Positions 60,914-64,000 of a stretch of DNA of 64,000 bases are shown here, one piece after another (within the stretch, counting starts at the first letter, position 1; each line of letters starts with the position of its first letter). Under the pieces are notes generated by a model. It was not told the DNA's origin. It saw only the letters and a program-made list of their open reading frames with translations, and made no database searches. The translations under genes and the position numbers were made by a program. The stretch lies in the NCBI GenBank assembly GCA_041753515.1, contig JBGSUE010000045.1, forward strand, positions 2,027 through 66,026, given 5' to 3'. Source of the stretch: Patescibacteria group bacterium (GTDB lineage: Bacteria > Patescibacteriota > Microgenomatia > UBA10105 > UBA927).

Positions 60914-62691
60914 AACTCACCTCCTTTTAACCATATGAGTATATCATGATATGGCATCGTGTTGACAACATCCTTTTTTTCAAGCCATCCGCGCTGGGCC
61001 GTCCAGACTCCGTACTGCATCACATCCATGCCGTCCAGATCATGGGAATCGGTATTGATTGCACATTTCAAACCATGTTTTACTGCCTCACGAATTAGTG
61101 CATCCGGAAGATCAAGCCGGGACGGATGGGCATTGATTTCCATTACCACAGACCTCTGAGCTGCTAACCGAAATATGTCGCTCCAGTCTGCCTCTATACT
61201 CCGGCGGCTCCCGATCAGCCGTCCGGTTGGATGTCCGAGAATCCTGACTTTCGGATGTGCACTGATCGCTTTGCGTATCCGCTCAGTCATCTGCTCGATC
61301 GGCATGGTAAAAGATGAATGGACAGAGACAATCACAGCATCAAGATAATCAAATGCATTATCGGGCAATGCGAGATCGCCGGAAGGTGTGATATCCACTT
61401 CCAGCATTGTAAAGTACATTATAGGTGTTCGAGTACTTTTAGTATACGAATAATATTCATGCTCATAATATGATTTACGTCTTTTTAATACAGTACAAAT
61501 GTCTTTTTCAGATGAGTGACTGATCCTCGGATTATGGTCGCTTATACCGATATACGAATATCCTGTCTGTTCGGTTTTTATTAATATTTCCTTAAATGTT
61601 GCAGTACCTATATCATGGGATGAATGTATATCGTACGCATCATGAATATGGAGGTCTCCCCGGATATCGTCCGGTTGAATGAGGGCTGGCAATTCACCAT
61701 CAATTGCCGCCCGGACTTCTCCCGTATCCTCCCGCAATACCGGAGGTATCCACTGCATGCCTAATTCTTTGTAAAATCTTTTCTCATCGGGAATTTTCTT
61801 TAATTTCCCGGTTTTCATATTTTTTATACCGTACTCATTCAGGCTCACTCCCCGATCAAGAGCGTAGGAACGAAGGGCGATATTATGGTTTTTCGAACCG
61901 GTAAAATACTGCAGCATTGCCCCATATGAATCAGGGTGTCCGACACGAAGGTCTATCTGGCGTCCGTTGGCTAATAGGAGCGATGCCCCAGAGGGTCCCC
62001 GTTCAATCACTGACTCATGGGGATACATGAGAAAATGGCTTAAAACCGATTCGGGATTGAGTGTGGCAACAGCAATATCAATATCCCCGATTGATTCAGC
62101 TCTTCTGCGCAGACTTCCCAATGTATCAATCTTTTCCACATCGGGTGATTGTTTCATGTGAACCACGACGCTTTGGGCAATAAAGAGAGCCTCGTCAAGC
62201 CGGATTCTTTTTTCCTTTACGGCTCCTTTACGGTACTCTTCGATATGCCGGATCAAATCTTCCTGGGATTTCTCCCCGAATCCTTCAATCGTTTCAATTT
62301 TCCTTTTTTTGCAGGCTATATACAGGTCATCAATGACCGTATCAGGTTTCGTCAGTTTCAATGTCTGTACAAGTTTATATGCCTTCTTCGGGCCGATACC
62401 CGAGACAGACAGCAGAGGAAATACGGCAGTCGGTACTTTTGAAAATACAGATTCAAAATGTGATACTTTTCCTGATTTAAACAGTTCCTCAAGATGTGAC
62501 CGGATTGTCTTGCCGATACCGGGCAATTCATCCTTCAGCGAAGATTGCACGGACAGAGGGAGACCGGCTATCGTCTCTGCCGCCTTCTCATACGCAATGA
62601 TTTTAAACCGGTTTTCACCCAATATCTCATACGCGGCAGCTATATTACGAAATAGTTCAGAAATTTGTGCATTAGTAAACGTATGACTCAT
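60910..62691 (-). CDS. polX: DNA polymerase X / PHP exonuclease
   Basis: HhH motifs, GSLRR, GDIDI, YFTGSK, PHP GDLHIH...HPTGR...NTDSH; start moved to ATG 62691. Confidence 0.93.
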   Translation of the reverse strand: MSHTFTNAQISELFRNIAAAYEILGENRFKIIAYEKAAETIAGLPLSVQSSLKDELPGIGKTIRSHLEELFKSGKVSHFESVFSKVPTAVFPLLSVSGIGPKKAYKLVQTLKLTKPDTVIDDLYIACKKRKIETIEGFGEKSQEDLIRHIEEYRKGAVKEKRIRLDEALFIAQSVVVHMKQSPDVEKIDTLGSLRRRAESIGDIDIAVATLNPESVLSHFLMYPHESVIERGPSGASLLLANGRQIDLRVGHPDSYGAMLQYFTGSKNHNIALRSYALDRGVSLNEYGIKNMKTGKLKKIPDEKRFYKELGMQWIPPVLREDTGEVRAAIDGELPALIQPDDIRGDLHIHDAYDIHSSHDIGTATFKEILIKTEQTGYSYIGISDHNPRISHSSEKDICTVLKRRKSYYEHEYYSYTKSTRTPIMYFTMLEVDITPSGDLALPDNAFDYLDAVIVSVHSSFTMPIEQMTERIRKAISAHPKVRILGHPTGRLIGSRRSIEADWSDIFRLAAQRSVVMEINAHPSRLDLPDALIREAVKHGLKCAINTDSHDLDGMDVMQYGVWTAQRGWLEKKDVVNTMPYHDILIWLKGGEL

Positions 62692-62761
62692 TACACACAT
62701 GCTACCATACCGTTGCCCACCGCTCAATTTTCCTCTATAATGAGCTGTAGTTTCGGTAGAT

Positions 62762-62837
62762 GGTCGCGTGGTGTAGCCTGGCCTAACACGTTTCCCTGTC
62801 AAGGAAAAGATCGCCGGTTCGAATCCGGTCGCGACCG
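62762..62837 (+). tRNA. tRNA-Asp(GTC)
   Basis: GGTCGCG/CGCGACC acceptor, TTTCC-CTGTCAA-GGAAA anticodon arm, GCCGG-TTCGAAT-CCGGT T-arm. Confidence 0.95.
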
Positions 62838-62923
62838 CACAGAACTCCTATCTATACAAACCAAAAAAAATATAGTATAAATTATTTTACTGCCATAATA
62901 CTTCTGCCCGGAAAGGTTTCAAC

Positions 62924-63484
62924 ATGCCAAAAGAAATACCAGCACCTACACCACAATCTCCTGTGGACACCTACATCTCCCTTGCTTTGGGAGTTGCTGT
63001 CGTTGTTCTTATCGGAGCAGTTGCCTATAATATGATTTCCAAAAACAATCAGGAGCCGGGAGGTGCAGACACAAGTCTGGATGCAACGCAATCCGGTACT
63101 GCTACACTGATGGAACTTCCGGCAAAACATACGGTGAAAGATGGGGAAACACTCTGGAGTATTGCCGAGAATTATTATAACAGCGGATATAACTGGGTTG
63201 ATATTGCCGAGGAAAATAAGCTTGGAAGCGGCGACAGTGTTGCGGCAGGCACTGCCCTTACAATCCCTGACGCAGAACCGATAGAAGTGGGAAGCATTGG
63301 TGGAGCAGCCACAAGCGATGTGAAGCCGAAAAACAGCACCTACACGGTCCAGAAAGGCGATTCTCTGTGGAATATCGCACTTGCCCAATACGGCACAGGC
63401 TACAAATGGCCGGATATCGCAAAAGCCAATAAAATAGCTAATCCGGACCTCATATTCACCGGAACCGTCCTGACACTTCCGTAA
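62924..63484 (+). CDS. Membrane-anchored protein with two LysM domains
   Basis: HTVKDGETLWSIAE and YTVQKGDSLWNIA...NPDLI. Confidence 0.9.
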   Translation: MPKEIPAPTPQSPVDTYISLALGVAVVVLIGAVAYNMISKNNQEPGGADTSLDATQSGTATLMELPAKHTVKDGETLWSIAENYYNSGYNWVDIAEENKLGSGDSVAAGTALTIPDAEPIEVGSIGGAATSDVKPKNSTYTVQKGDSLWNIALAQYGTGYKWPDIAKANKIANPDLIFTGTVLTLP

Positions 63485-63519
63485 TTAGCATACATTGTGA
63501 TATATTTTTCATACACAGT

Positions 63520-63596
63520 GCGGGTGTAGTCGCCTCATCGGCGACCCGCCACGGGTCGCACACAGGCGACCCGCCGGAGAGGCGGGTACACCGGTT
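63520..63596 (+). pseudogene. Remnant 5' end of tRNA-Gly interrupted by stacked GC-rich hairpins
   Basis: GCGGGTGTAGT identical to 63881-63891; then GTCGCC/GGCGAC, GCGACCCG/CGGGTCGC and ACCCGCC-GGAGA-GGCGGGT; then TACACCGGT resembling TACACTGGC of the tRNA. Confidence 0.65.
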
Positions 63597-63623
63597 AACC
63601 ATATTATTTCAGCATATTTTGCT

Positions 63624-63890
63624 ATGTTTTATGTTTATGTTGTACAAAGCAATAAAAATAGTACATTATATATTAGAAAAACAAATGACTTAAAAAGAAG
63701 ACTGAAAGAACACAATTCAGGACACGGCGGTGTTTATACCAAAAAAAATGGTCCATATACGCTAATATACTATGAAGCGTTTTTAGATAGTAGAGATGCA
63801 GCGATACAGGAATTGTTTTACAAAAGCGGATACGGAAAGGAAATATTAAAGGAAAAAATTAAAAATAGTTTATATCATAAGCGGGTGTAG
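63624..63890 (+). CDS. Small GIY-YIG nuclease (YIG reads YIR; possibly decaying)
   Basis: MFYVYVVQS...LYIRKTNDLKRRLKEHNSG...YT...YYEAF...ELFYKSGYG; TAG stop is tRNA-Gly nt 8-10. Confidence 0.85.
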   Translation: MFYVYVVQSNKNSTLYIRKTNDLKRRLKEHNSGHGGVYTKKNGPYTLIYYEAFLDSRDAAIQELFYKSGYGKEILKEKIKNSLYHKRV

Positions 63891-63951
63891 TACACTGGCA
63901 GTATGCGACCTTCCCAAGGTTGAGAAGAGGGTTCGATTCCCTTCACCCGCT
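63881..63951 (+). tRNA. tRNA-Gly(CCC)
   Basis: GCGGGTG/CACCCGC acceptor, CGACC-TTCCCAA-GGTTG anticodon arm, GAGGG-TTCGATT-CCCTT T-arm. Confidence 0.95.
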
Positions 63952-64000
63952 CACGAGTCAAACTCGCTTGTTTGTTTGACGAGTGCCAAGTCTGACTTGG

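Noticed and set aside
62692-62802. N-terminal extension of PolX
   Set aside because: It runs antisense into tRNA-Asp; the PolX N-terminus fits ATG 62691.

Overview
Bacterial chromosome segment using standard code 11 (TGA acts as a stop). Gene content and style are most consistent with a Candidate Phyla Radiation (Microgenomates-like) genome; this is an inference from the short atpH, a ClpB with no N-domain, MurT/GatD, and frequent leaderless-type starts. Housekeeping genes include rsgA, obgE, nth, rplS, pyrG, the full F1Fo ATP synthase operon, dnaE, gatC-gatA-asnS-gatB, murT-gatD, clpB, lemA-htpX (clpB and htpX each with a CIRCE element) and polX. There are three tRNAs: Lys-TTT, Asp-GTC and Gly-CCC. 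An approximately 12 kb AT-richer island with serine and tyrosine recombinases abuts the 3' end of tRNA-Lys. Five unexplained patterns stand out. (1) Three tiny GIY-YIG nuclease genes each take their stop codon from inside a tRNA or tRNA-like sequence, and two sit between a hairpin-disrupted duplicate of the tRNA 5' end and an intact tRNA, suggesting a tRNA-targeting GIY-YIG mobile element. (2) A four-helix-bundle gene is bracketed by inverted 7-nt tandem repeats, and the same unit occurs in frame inside both neighbouring genes, with other heptamer arrays elsewhere. (3) An array of single-gene cassettes at 0.7-4.6 kb is delimited by conserved end motifs. (4) Two membrane-protein genes are bounded by interleaved inverted repeats. 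(5) GTCA-headed REP-like elements occur, one with a nested CC...GG palindrome. All calls come from reading the sequence; no searches were run.
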